A stretch of 32,000 bases of DNA from Fibrobacter succinogenes subsp. succinogenes S85 (GCF_000146505.1 NC_017448.1:1140001-1172000); one strand, 5' to 3'; shown: positions 24,547 to 32,000, counted from the first letter of the stretch. Translations and numbers: made by a program. The notes: generated by a model not told the origin, from the letters alone.

Positions 24547-24619
24547 GGGGATATAGCTCAGTTGGTAGAGCGACAGGTTCGCAATCTGTAGGTCATGGGT
24601 TCGACTCCCACTATCTCCA
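24547..24619 (+). tRNA. tRNA-Ala (anticodon CGC)
   Basis: Acceptor GGGGATA/TATCTCC containing the G3-U70 alanine identity pair. D arm GCTC-AGTTGGTA-GAGC. Anticodon arm ACAGG-TTCGCAA-TCTGT. T loop TTCGACT. Discriminator A. CCA is not encoded. Confidence 0.92.
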
Positions 24620-24622
24620 CGT

Positions 24623-24658
24623 AAAAGAGGCAAGCTTTCGCTTGCCTCTTTTGTTTTC
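24623..24658. terminator. Bidirectional rho-independent terminator (tRNA-Ala on +, OMP operon on -)
   Basis: About 13-bp stem AAAAGAGGCAAGC / GCTTGCCTCTTTT with loop TTTC, followed by GTTTT. The A-run on the 5' side gives a T-run on the other strand. Confidence 0.85.
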
Positions 24659-24692
24659 CATATACATCAAATCCTGTTCCTATTTAATTCAT

Positions 24693-24736
24693 CCTGCCTA
24701 CTGTCTACTTCCTACTGCCTACTGCGACAGCGTCGC
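24693..24736 (-). repeat. Short GC hairpin plus CAGTAGG-type heptamer array, copy 2 (3' UTR of the 24737..25984 gene)
   Basis: The minus strand reads TAG(stop)-GCGAC-GCT-GTCGC-AGTAGG CAGTAGG AAGTAGA CAGTAGG CAGG. The order of elements is the same as at 1938..1981. Confidence 0.75.
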
Positions 24737-25984
24737 CTAAAAGTCCCATTTCACGCCAAGCTTGAGCTGCGTGAGGACCGTACTTTCGCGATACAATCCC
24801 TTGTAGAAATTGGGCAAATCCATATGTTTATAATTGCGTTCCAGTCCTAAGTAGTAGACCATCTTCCAATACTTCCACGAAACCGAGGCACCCCAAGTGC
24901 CGTTAAACTTCTTGATTTTTTCGTAATCGGAATCAGGACCTCCGACGGCAAAGCCGTAAAACAAGTTCATTTTTGCTTCAACGGTAATGCGGTTCTTAAA
25001 CTTGTACGAAATTCTAGAACGGAATACCGGGCCAAACCATTTGCCCATCGTCTGGCGGTAGACAATACTTTCGACCGATGGTTCCGCAGGGGGATTCGCC
25101 ACATACGCTTCATATTCATCATCGGCCATATAAGCGATACTGTCATTCAAATACTGCCAATATTCATTATAAGTGCTAACCGCTTGTTTATATGTCGCAT
25201 AGGATTGCATAAACGTTTTGTAGTCAAACGCAGAATCGGCTTCGAACTTTGCGCCCACATAGACCGTTCCGTTCAGGCCTTCGGGAGCAGTCCTGTGCCA
25301 CGAGGCGTACGCAGCAAACGACATCGGGCCGGAAGTCTGGTAATAAGCCCAGGCGACAGCTCCAATGCGCTGTTTTTCAAAACGGTACAAGTCCTTTTCG
25401 AACCACACATAAAAATCCGATGAAAGTTCCTTGCCCTCGATGTTAAAATCGTAACCCGCATCCAGGAGCATACCACGCCCCATCAACGTGTATTCCAGCC
25501 CAAGAACCAGGTTCCAGTCATTCGTATCCAAGAGCGACATTTCATCGTTATTCAAGAAGTAGTCACCCTGCACCGAAGCGGCAAACGTATGCGACCAAGT
25601 TGCGGTCGTATAGTCAAAATACGGATTCACATTCAAGAAGAGGTCCCCGCCTTTTTCGGCATCTTCCAGACCTGTTTCCTTGTAGTGCATCCCGTAAAGT
25701 CCAAGTTCACCAGCGATATGGAATTCCCACGGATTCGACGCATTGTCTAAGCTAGACGCGTCGTCATCTTCGACCCCCATAGCCGACTTGTAATCGCGGA
25801 TAATCCCCTGGATTTCTTCGGTGTACTCGCCAGGCAACGCCACCGCTTCTTCAAAGGCCTTAAGAGCGGCAGGAATATCTCCAGCCTCTTCCGCCTTCAT
25901 CGCGCGGTAATACGCCTCCTCCTGCGTCTCGGCAAAGAGCGCAGTCGCAAGCACAAGCATTATCAAACCAAACCAGCGAACCAT
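24737..25984 (-). CDS. Outer-membrane beta-barrel protein with N-terminal TPR-like helical segment (hypothetical)
   Basis: 415 aa. Signal peptide MVRWFGLIMLVLATALFA, helical EEAYYRAMKAEEAGDIPAALKAFEEAV, Tyr/Gly-rich strands, C-terminus LGVKWDF. Its ATG directly abuts the upstream stop (TAGATG). Confidence 0.78.
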   Translation of the reverse strand: MVRWFGLIMLVLATALFAETQEEAYYRAMKAEEAGDIPAALKAFEEAVALPGEYTEEIQGIIRDYKSAMGVEDDDASSLDNASNPWEFHIAGELGLYGMHYKETGLEDAEKGGDLFLNVNPYFDYTTATWSHTFAASVQGDYFLNNDEMSLLDTNDWNLVLGLEYTLMGRGMLLDAGYDFNIEGKELSSDFYVWFEKDLYRFEKQRIGAVAWAYYQTSGPMSFAAYASWHRTAPEGLNGTVYVGAKFEADSAFDYKTFMQSYATYKQAVSTYNEYWQYLNDSIAYMADDEYEAYVANPPAEPSVESIVYRQTMGKWFGPVFRSRISYKFKNRITVEAKMNLFYGFAVGGPDSDYEKIKKFNGTWGASVSWKYWKMVYYLGLERNYKHMDLPNFYKGLYRESTVLTQLKLGVKWDF

Positions 25985-26485
25985 CTATTTTTTCGGGAAA
26001 TTTCCCTTCTCCCAATCACGCTGATTATGCTTTTCCCAGGGATTGCGTTCAATCGGGCGCGGGACAAACGGACGCATCGGTTCCATGCGACCAGGCCACG
26101 GATTCATACCGCCCTGCGGTTCCTTCGGTTGTTCTTTTTCTTCGATTTTCTTTTCGCGAACAAACTCGTCCTTCGGCTTTACCGCATCCTTTTCGGCAAC
26201 AGGCGGCAATTCCGCAACAGCGGGCTTTGCAAGTTCATTGCGCAACTCTTTCTTTTCGACCACCGAATTGGTCCTCAAATCCTTGAGAATCTGTTCACGG
26301 GCAAGGCGGCGTTCTTCACGCATTTTCTGCCAGTCCACATTTTCCTTTTCGGACATTTTCGGAACTTTGTCCAAAGTTTCACGAGCCTCGACTGGCGTCG
26401 GGACACTTGCTTCCGGGCGAGAATCAATTTCGCCTGCCATGGCGGTCGCCGCCATCACAGCGGATGCCATTACAATCTTCTTCAT
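25985..26485 (-). CDS. Secreted, highly charged Pro/Glu/Lys-rich protein (hypothetical)
   Basis: I use the start at ATG 26485 (AAGGAG 7 nt upstream): MKKIVMASAVMAATAMA signal peptide, then low-complexity charged sequence. The track start at 26527 adds 14 non-signal residues. Confidence 0.7.
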   Translation of the reverse strand: MKKIVMASAVMAATAMAGEIDSRPEASVPTPVEARETLDKVPKMSEKENVDWQKMREERRLAREQILKDLRTNSVVEKKELRNELAKPAVAELPPVAEKDAVKPKDEFVREKKIEEKEQPKEPQGGMNPWPGRMEPMRPFVPRPIERNPWEKHNQRDWEKGNFPKK

Positions 26486-26529
26486 GGTGAGTCTCCTTAA
26501 ATTGAGCTTCAGCTTTTTACAAAACATCC

Positions 26530-27984
26530 CTATACCTTAAAGTCTTCTTTTTTCAAGCCCAGGCGTTCCATGATTTCGCGCAGCACCTTGCGGTCAATGC
26601 CAAGAATCGTAGAAGCGAGCGTGAGGTTCGCATTCGTGTCCTTGAGAGCGCGAGAGATGACTTCGCGTTCGACCGCTTCGCGGGCTTCCTTGAGCGTGCG
26701 CGGCGATTCCTTCGCCTGCCCCTGCATATCATCAAGCCCTAAATCCTTGGGCTGAATCACGCCATGCACGGCCTGCACCAAACCTTTCTGCACGCGGTTT
26801 TCAAGTTCGCGCACGTTACCCGGCCAGTGGTAACCGAGCAGCGCCTTTTCGGCGTTACGGCTCAAGTGGAATTTCCCACGGCCATATTCTGCACCATAGC
26901 GCTGGATAAAATTCTCCGCCAAGAGTACCACGTCCTGACCGCGATCGCGCAGCGGCGGAAGTTCAAGCGGCAGCACCTGAATACGGAAATACAAATCTTC
27001 GCGGAAGCGTTTTTCGCGCACGGCCTCTTCCAAGTCCACATGCGTTGCACTGATCACGCGCACGTTCACCGGAATTTCACGATTGTCGCCCACTCGTGTG
27101 ATGTGCTTTTCTTGCAACACGCGCAAAAGCTTCACCTGCATGTTGAGCGGGAGCTCGCCGATTTCGTCAAGGAAAATCGTACCGCCATCGGCTTCTTCGA
27201 AAAAGCCCTTCTTATTTTCAATCGCCCCCGTGAACGAGCCCTTGGCATGCCCGAACATGAGCGATTCCATCAAGTGCTCCGGAATAGCGCCGCAGTTCAC
27301 CGCAATGAACGGCTTTTCGGCACGCGGGCTATGCTTGTGGATGTAACGCGCCATCACTTCCTTGCCTGTACCCGTCTCGCCACGGATAATCACCGGGAGC
27401 GGGAGCGGCGAAAGCTTATCGGCCATCGCAATCACATCGACCATGGCCTTGGACGAATAAACGATACCATCCTTGCGGACAACATTTTTAAGCGTATCGA
27501 GCGATTCCTTGTCGCGCAAGCGGTCATAAGCGGCAAACGCAAACTTTTCGCAGACCGCCACAAACGAATCAAACAAAGCGCTGTCTTCGTCGGTGAACGG
27601 CTCCTTACGGGCGGCACGTTGCAAATAGAGATACCCCGCCTCGGAATCGGGCGTACGGAACGGAGAAACCATGATACTCGTGAGCTGGTTTTGCACAATG
27701 GACTTGGACAAGTCCGCCGATTCGTCATCAAGCTGGTTCCACACCACGGCGCGCTTTTCGTTTTTTGCAAGCTTGACCGCCGAAATGGAAATAGAAACTT
27801 TTTCAGGGTTCGAAAAATGAAGCGGTTCTTCGCCACCAATATCCAAAACAGCGGCATCCGCATGCAGGACGTCCTTGGCCACTTCGAGAATTTTCGGGAA
27901 AAGAGCTTCCGGCTGTTCTTCATCTAAAAGAGTCTTGACCACGTCAAGCATCTTTTCTGTGGCGAGCATGGATTCCGATTTCAT
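26530..27984 (-). CDS. sigma54-dependent transcriptional activator (bacterial enhancer-binding protein) with N-terminal GAF-like domain and C-terminal Fis-type HTH
   Basis: 484 aa. AAA+ core IIRGETGTGKEVMARYIH, GAFTGA-type loop FGHAKGSFTGA, GGTIFLDEIGELPLNMQVKLLRVLQE, R-finger region EDLYFRIQV, WPGNVRELEN. C-terminal HTH ANLTLASTILGIDRKVLREIM. No receiver domain. Confidence 0.92.
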   Translation of the reverse strand: MKSESMLATEKMLDVVKTLLDEEQPEALFPKILEVAKDVLHADAAVLDIGGEEPLHFSNPEKVSISISAVKLAKNEKRAVVWNQLDDESADLSKSIVQNQLTSIMVSPFRTPDSEAGYLYLQRAARKEPFTDEDSALFDSFVAVCEKFAFAAYDRLRDKESLDTLKNVVRKDGIVYSSKAMVDVIAMADKLSPLPLPVIIRGETGTGKEVMARYIHKHSPRAEKPFIAVNCGAIPEHLMESLMFGHAKGSFTGAIENKKGFFEEADGGTIFLDEIGELPLNMQVKLLRVLQEKHITRVGDNREIPVNVRVISATHVDLEEAVREKRFREDLYFRIQVLPLELPPLRDRGQDVVLLAENFIQRYGAEYGRGKFHLSRNAEKALLGYHWPGNVRELENRVQKGLVQAVHGVIQPKDLGLDDMQGQAKESPRTLKEAREAVEREVISRALKDTNANLTLASTILGIDRKVLREIMERLGLKKEDFKV

Positions 27985-28004
27985 AACTAACCCCGTAGTT
28001 TGCG

Positions 28005-29186
28005 CTATTCAGCGGCTGGCACAGGGAGGTCCAAAAGCAGGCTATCGACTTTCAATATCGGCGCACTATCGCTTTCTACCGAATGCTCCAAGTTCCTTGA
28101 CCGCTTTAACAGCTGGTCCCCTGTCGCATCGATACCGAAACGCATTGTTCCACTCGTAAGCAACAGCACTATCAAGAGTAATATAAGTCCAAAAATGCCC
28201 AAAACGGCCCATTTTAGCCATTTATTTTTCTTGCAAACGACAAACGGGAGACCCTTTTCAAGTCCATCTGGAACTTTTTGCCCCGCATTCTTTTCGCTTT
28301 CCGGGCGATTAATGGATTGGATATATTGGGTAACGCAGCCCGCAAGCGCAACCTCACCATGCGACACTTTATCAAGTGCAATTTCCAAGATTTCATCAAG
28401 CTCGTCAAAGTCCTCGACGCGATCCGAGACCTCCGCGCACAAGAGCCCCGACCAAAGCGGTTCAAGCGCCGAGAGCTGTTGAGCGCCTTCGGGCGTTTCA
28501 AAGGCGCCCGTCGCATAAAGCTTTTCCGAGATGTTCAAGTCCTGCACATTCGCCATCTGCTCGGCAAACTGCTCGTAGCCATCCGCAGTGATCAAGTCCT
28601 CGCCCGCAATCCAGCGGTACAGCAAAAGCCCAAGGCTGAACAAGTCGCTTTTTTCATCCGCAATCTTGCCCTGGAAGCGTTCCGGAGCCGCATACGCAAG
28701 AGCGCCCGGCCCGACAATGCCACAATCAATCAACACAGTGCACAGTCCCAAGTCGGCATTTCCACCGTTTCCATCCACAGCAAATATCACGTTTGCAGGG
28801 CTCAAGTCGCCATGCGACACGCCTTGTTTACGCAAAGCAGCGAGCGTCTGCGCCACCTGCCGAAGCGCTACAAGCGCAACCGCCACCGGCATCCGCCCAA
28901 GCGTTTCCGAAGATTCGCCATCTATATAATCATAAACCAGGTAAGGCGTTCCATCGCGATTGCCCCATTCTTCAATGCGGTACAGCCCCGGCTCACGCAC
29001 TTTATGCGAGCGTTCAACAACGCTTTCATCAAAAGAGAATCCGTCGTTATACCACTTGAGTACATACGGCGTACCACCCACATTCAAAAGGTAAATGGAC
29101 GCTTCGCCGCCCTGGTGCAGCAAGGAGCCTCCCTTCACGGAGTCCAGTAACGATGTCCCAGATTTTCTCATGGCCCGCACGCTCAC
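28005..29186 (-). CDS. Hanks-type Ser/Thr protein kinase with C-terminal transmembrane helix
   Basis: 393 aa. GTG start at 29186 overlaps the TPR gene stop (GTGA); an alternative ATG lies at 29171. Motifs YVLKW (VAIK Lys), VSHGDLSPANVIF (catalytic loop), LIDCG (DFG-like), YAAPERF (APE) and DLFSLGLLLY. TM segment WAVLGIFGLILLLIVLLL. Confidence 0.88.
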   Translation of the reverse strand: MSVRAMRKSGTSLLDSVKGGSLLHQGGEASIYLLNVGGTPYVLKWYNDGFSFDESVVERSHKVREPGLYRIEEWGNRDGTPYLVYDYIDGESSETLGRMPVAVALVALRQVAQTLAALRKQGVSHGDLSPANVIFAVDGNGGNADLGLCTVLIDCGIVGPGALAYAAPERFQGKIADEKSDLFSLGLLLYRWIAGEDLITADGYEQFAEQMANVQDLNISEKLYATGAFETPEGAQQLSALEPLWSGLLCAEVSDRVEDFDELDEILEIALDKVSHGEVALAGCVTQYIQSINRPESEKNAGQKVPDGLEKGLPFVVCKKNKWLKWAVLGIFGLILLLIVLLLTSGTMRFGIDATGDQLLKRSRNLEHSVESDSAPILKVDSLLLDLPVPAAE

Positions 29187-29905
29187 AGTTTACCAGAATA
29201 AACCATCGCCTTGAGCGAGTCTTCGGCAATGCGCGTCCACTTGGCAAGCACAGCATCCTGTGGCAGCGCCTCGCGCCCCATCGACCAGATGTCCCAAGCG
29301 GATTCGTAGTCGTGAGCGTTCCAGTAAAGGTTTCCGAGGTTCACGTACGCCGAAGCAAATTTCGGCTCCTTAGTCACGATGTACGCATAAATTTTCTTGG
29401 CGCCATCGACATCCCCCTGCCCGGCAAGGATCAAAGCTTTCAAGTTGTAGCTAAAGTAATTTTCCGGGTCCAGTTGGACGGACTGGTCCAAAAGGTGCAG
29501 AACCTTCGCCTGTGCATTTTCGGCAAGCATCGCGCGCGCAAGGTAAAAAAGCGCGGTCGAGTACATGGGCTTAGACTTTTCGCTAGAATCGACCACGGAT
29601 AAAATCTTGAATTCACGAACCGTGCGTTCCCAAAGCGCAAGCGTGCTTTCCTTTAAGCGTTCCTTGTCTTCGGCAATGGCATAGTAGGCAATCGCAAGGC
29701 CATAACGGGCATCGCGATTCGCAGGTTCAGCATCCAGCACTTTTGAGAAATTTGTAACAGCGCGGTCGTAATCGCCAATGCGGAGAGCATCGTCACCGCG
29801 AGTGAGGTCGTTTCCATCGCATGCGCCAAGGACAGTCGCAAAAAGTATCGCGAACAAAGCCTCGACAGCGTTATACAAACGATTATGGACAACCCGGCCT
29901 AACAT
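29183..29905 (-). CDS. TPR-repeat lipoprotein
   Basis: 240 aa. Lipobox ATVLGAC. Repeated A..Y..A..G.Y..A helical pairs (GDYDRAVTNFSKVLDAEPANRDARYGLAIAYY, GDVDGAKKIYAYIVTKEPKFASAYVNLGNLYW). Confidence 0.85.
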   Translation of the reverse strand: MLGRVVHNRLYNAVEALFAILFATVLGACDGNDLTRGDDALRIGDYDRAVTNFSKVLDAEPANRDARYGLAIAYYAIAEDKERLKESTLALWERTVREFKILSVVDSSEKSKPMYSTALFYLARAMLAENAQAKVLHLLDQSVQLDPENYFSYNLKALILAGQGDVDGAKKIYAYIVTKEPKFASAYVNLGNLYWNAHDYESAWDIWSMGREALPQDAVLAKWTRIAEDSLKAMVYSGKL

Positions 29906-29927
29906 GGTAATAAGTATATATAAAATT

Positions 29928-29961
29928 TTAGAACTTAGAGCTTAGAACTTAGAACTTAGTG
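29928..29961. repeat. Heptamer tandem repeat (TTAGAAC)n, 4 full units plus 1 partial
   Basis: TTAGAAC TTAGAGC TTAGAAC TTAGAAC TTAGTG, read directly. It starts 23 nt upstream of the TPR lipoprotein ATG. Confidence 0.9.
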
Positions 29962-29973
29962 TTGCATATTTGT

Positions 29974-30008
29974 CAGTAGGCAGTAGGAAGTAGACGGTAG
30001 GAAGTAAT
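29974..30008 (+). repeat. CAGTAGG-type heptamer array, copy 3
   Basis: CAGTAGG CAGTAGG AAGTAGA CGGTAGG AAGTAAT. Its core AGTAGGCAGTAGGAAGTAGACGGTAGG differs from the corresponding segment of copy 2 (reverse complement of 24697..24723) at one position. Confidence 0.85.
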
Positions 30009-30014
30009 ATGCTA

Positions 30015-30062
30015 GCTATGGGGTATGAGCACGGCACTTCGTGCCTTTGGGCTATGGGGTAT
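30015..30062. repeat. 12-bp direct repeat GCTATGGGGTAT x2 flanking a small hairpin GGCAC-TTC-GTGCC
   Basis: Copies at 30015..30026 and 30051..30062. The hairpin lies at about 30033..30045. Confidence 0.7.
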
Positions 30063-30070
30063 TAGGGAAG

Positions 30071-30104
30071 ACAAAAAACGCGCTCCGGATATCCAGAGTG
30101 CGTT
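30071..30104 (-). terminator. Rho-independent terminator of the DUF3332-like lipoprotein gene
   Basis: The minus strand reads AACGCACTCTGG-ATAT-CCGGAGCGCGTT (12-bp stem with one mismatch and one G-U pair) followed by TTTTTGT. Confidence 0.75.
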
Positions 30105-30128
30105 CTAATGACGAAATTTATTTGTCGA

Positions 30129-30560
30129 TTACTTTTCGATTTCGTACTGGGCAACGAGGTCGCCATTGGAATCGAGAGCACGGACGACGTTTTCATCGCG
30201 CTGGAGAGTGAGGTTAGAGACTTCGCCCTTAGCAGAGGTGAACTGCACAGAGAGAGAGCCGTCTTCGTTCTTCACAGCAGCAACGGAGTTGCCCTGGGCA
30301 TCCTTTTCATAGTAGGAATCGCCAGCTGCAAACGGATTGGAACCCGTCCAGAATTCGATGGTGTTCACGAAGAGGAAGTCTACAAAGAAGAAGCAAAGGC
30401 CATAAGCCGGAGTTGCAAGGAAGTGAACCAAGGACTTAGCCCACTTGTTGCTGATTTTGCCAATGGCGTTGTGGAGCCACTTGGTGGAACCGTAACTACC
30501 ATAGCAGCCGGAGAGGACGATCATGCCTGCGCAAAGAGCAGCGAGGATACCTTTTTTCAT
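30129..30560 (-). CDS. DUF3332-like lipoprotein
   Basis: 143 aa. Lipobox VLSGC. A conserved-looking hydrophobic core LATPAYGLCFFFVDFLFVNTIEFWTGSNPF resembles DUF3332 as I recall it. Confidence 0.75.
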   Translation of the reverse strand: MKKGILAALCAGMIVLSGCYGSYGSTKWLHNAIGKISNKWAKSLVHFLATPAYGLCFFFVDFLFVNTIEFWTGSNPFAAGDSYYEKDAQGNSVAAVKNEDGSLSVQFTSAKGEVSNLTLQRDENVVRALDSNGDLVAQYEIEK

Positions 30561-30659
30561 GTTTACAAACTCCTTATAATTTGGTGTTTTAGTTTTGTCA
30601 AAAATATAAGAAAGAACACCGGTATTTGCTAGAGGAAGAGCGCCGTGTGTATCATAAAT

Positions 30660-31037
30660 TTACAATCCATGATTCATGGCAGTGAGTAAAGTCACATGCG
30701 GTTCAAGGACCCGAAGACGTTTCATGTCTTTCGGTTTTACCCACCGAAAATCGTCATACCCATATATATGGATAAAATTCTTGCAAAGCTCGACATCGTA
30801 AGCCAAAAGACGCCCTCCGCCTCCACAGGAAAAATCCACCGCTCCGGCAGGCCGTAAAGACACAGGAATATCCGTCAAACGCTCAAAAAAGCCCCTTTCG
30901 AGGGCATCTTCTGCGGTTTCACCCTCTTCCAAGACTTCGGTCGGGAGCTCCCAGAATCCTGGAAAAAGCATCCCAGAGCCCCTTTTGCACATCAAAACAC
31001 GCCCTTTTCTGTGAACAAACCCACAAATAGCCATCAT
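30660..31037 (-). CDS. NUDIX hydrolase (MutT-like)
   Basis: I prefer the start at ATG 31037 (AGGAGG 6 nt upstream; MMAICGFVHRKGRVLMCKR). Nudix-box-like GFWELPTEVLEEGETAEDALERGFFERL. The track start at 31118 adds 27 residues with no RBS. Confidence 0.78.
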   Translation of the reverse strand: MMAICGFVHRKGRVLMCKRGSGMLFPGFWELPTEVLEEGETAEDALERGFFERLTDIPVSLRPAGAVDFSCGGGGRLLAYDVELCKNFIHIYGYDDFRWVKPKDMKRLRVLEPHVTLLTAMNHGL

Positions 31038-31157
31038 TTTGCCCCTCCTGAACGAACCTTCGCAACTTTTTGCTTGCATTTCTTTTATTTTTTTAATAAA
31101 TCTACAAATATCATACATACTTGATACATTTGAAGTTTTGGAATCAGGAGGTGAATC

Positions 31158-32000
31158 ATGAATGCGATAACTAAAGTGACTAGTATTATTACAGCTATTG
31201 CAGTTTCATCCATTTTTGCAGCCAAGGCACCCGTAGCTAAACCCGCCGCCAAAAAGCAGGAAGCTCTGACCGTCTGGATTATGCCAAACGGCGCATCGCC
31301 ACAAGAAAAACTTGAACAGAGATTAAACCTCTTTACCAAGAAAACAGGAATCAAGACAAAAGTCACCGTTCTGGACTGGGGTGTAGCCTGGAACCGCATC
31401 ACGACGGCACTTGCCACCGGCATAGACGCACCAGACGTATTACAGCTCGGCACAACATGGGTCCCGTACTTTGCTTCCCGCGGCGAAATCAAGCCTTTGA
31501 ACGAATGGCTCACACAAATTGATTCCACGAGGTTCGTTCCCGTCAGCTGGAACACGACTCATATCGACTCCGACACGACCATCTATTCCGTTCCGTGGTT
31601 CATCGATATCCGCCCAATTTTGGCCAACAAACGCATTCTCAAGAAGAACGACATCAATCCTGACGATGTCTCTACATTTGATGGATTCGTTAAAGCCATC
31701 CGCAAGGTGAACAACAGCCACGAAATGCTCGACGACGGCACCAAGGTCCGCGCATTTGCATTCCCGGGAAAGAACGACTGGAATATCCCGCACAACTTCG
31801 CCCCGTGGGTCTGGAGCAACGGCGGTAACTTCATCGAAAAAGACAATAGCGGTAAATGGAAGGCCGCCATCCTTACGCCAAAGACCATTTACGGTATCGC
31901 AAAGTACCTGAGCTTTGTGCTCGATACTCTTGTAAGCACCGAAGCCTTGCAGATGAACACGGCTCAGATCGTGCAACACTTTAACGCAGGCGAACTCGCC
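31158..32000 (+). CDS. ABC transporter extracellular solute-binding protein (family 1, sugar-type), N-terminal part (runs off the right window edge)
   Basis: Absent from the track (open at the edge). GGAGG RBS, ATG at 31158, 281 stop-free codons: MNAITKVTSIITAIAVSSIFA signal, LTVWIMPNGASPQE, VLDWGVAWNRITTALATGIDAPDVLQLGTTWVPYFA, VPWFIDIRPILANK. Confidence 0.85.
   Translation, partial: MNAITKVTSIITAIAVSSIFAAKAPVAKPAAKKQEALTVWIMPNGASPQEKLEQRLNLFTKKTGIKTKVTVLDWGVAWNRITTALATGIDAPDVLQLGTTWVPYFASRGEIKPLNEWLTQIDSTRFVPVSWNTTHIDSDTTIYSVPWFIDIRPILANKRILKKNDINPDDVSTFDGFVKAIRKVNNSHEMLDDGTKVRAFAFPGKNDWNIPHNFAPWVWSNGGNFIEKDNSGKWKAAILTPKTIYGIAKYLSFVLDTLVSTEALQMNTAQIVQHFNAGELA

Noticed and set aside
13461-24619. 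Integrative element, prophage or IS between the two tRNA genes
   Set aside because: No integrase, transposase, recombinase or phage-like ORF is present in any frame, and no repeat of a tRNA 3' end was noticed. I kept only a low-interest island hypothesis.
26764-29150. 387-aa and 290-aa plus-strand ORFs
   Set aside because: They lie antisense to the sigma54 activator and kinase genes. The translations are Arg/His-rich nonsense.
29928-30008. Possibility that the tandem repeats are a CRISPR array
   Set aside because: The units are 7 nt and directly abut with no spacers. There are no cas genes in the window.
30028-30046. GGCACG / GGCAC motifs that look like a sigma54 -24 element near the activator operon. 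Also TGGGCGGTTTTTGCA upstream of the 24453 gene.
   Set aside because: In every case the GG-to-GC spacing is wrong (9 nt or another value instead of 10), so I do not call any -24/-12 promoter.
30561-30659. TTGACA-N17-TATAAG upstream of the DUF3332 gene
   Set aside because: The -10 candidate overlaps the AAGGAG RBS and lies only 13 nt from the ATG. That is incompatible with using that RBS, so it is probably coincidental.
31085-31979. Minus-strand ORFs of 156 aa and 179 aa
   Set aside because: They lie antisense to the solute-binding-protein gene, which starts at 31158 with a GGAGG RBS and a signal peptide.

Overview
Overview: a 32-kb chromosomal segment of about 50% GC. The gene content suggests Fibrobacter: a TIGR02147/DUF4423-like HTH paralog coupled to a lipoprotein, Ser-rich linkers in secreted proteins, and many beta-barrel OMP genes ending in Phe. 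This taxon call is inference from memory and cannot be verified here. All family calls come from motif recognition in the translations; no search could be run.

Content: I call 26 protein-coding genes. Two are cut by the window edges and are therefore missing from the ORF track: a MATE transporter at 1..696 (-) and an ABC solute-binding protein at 31158..32000 (+). I also call tRNA-Asp(GUC), tRNA-Ala(CGC), several rho-independent terminators, sigma70-like promoters and operators, and three kinds of short tandem repeat. I saw no rRNA, CRISPR array, transposase, integrase or prophage genes.

Most unusual observations:
1. A single 1771-codon ORF encodes two complete UvrA units fused head to tail (four ABC modules). 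The second unit lacks the insertion domain.
2. A lipoprotein gene has its signal peptide and mature part in different frames across an A8 tract.
3. A family of CAGTAGG-type heptamer arrays occurs three times. Two copies share an identical syntax directly after stop codons.
4. A co-directional block encodes a TPR lipoprotein, a Hanks-type kinase, a GAF/sigma54 activator, a secreted protein and an OMP, preceded by a TTAGAAC heptamer array.
5. An isolated NERD-nuclease/SF1-helicase gene is a possible single-protein defence enzyme.
6. A PP2C phosphatase has a membrane domain resembling an ECF S component.

None of these can be proven novel from sequence alone, and I cannot point to one clear multi-gene undescribed system with confidence.
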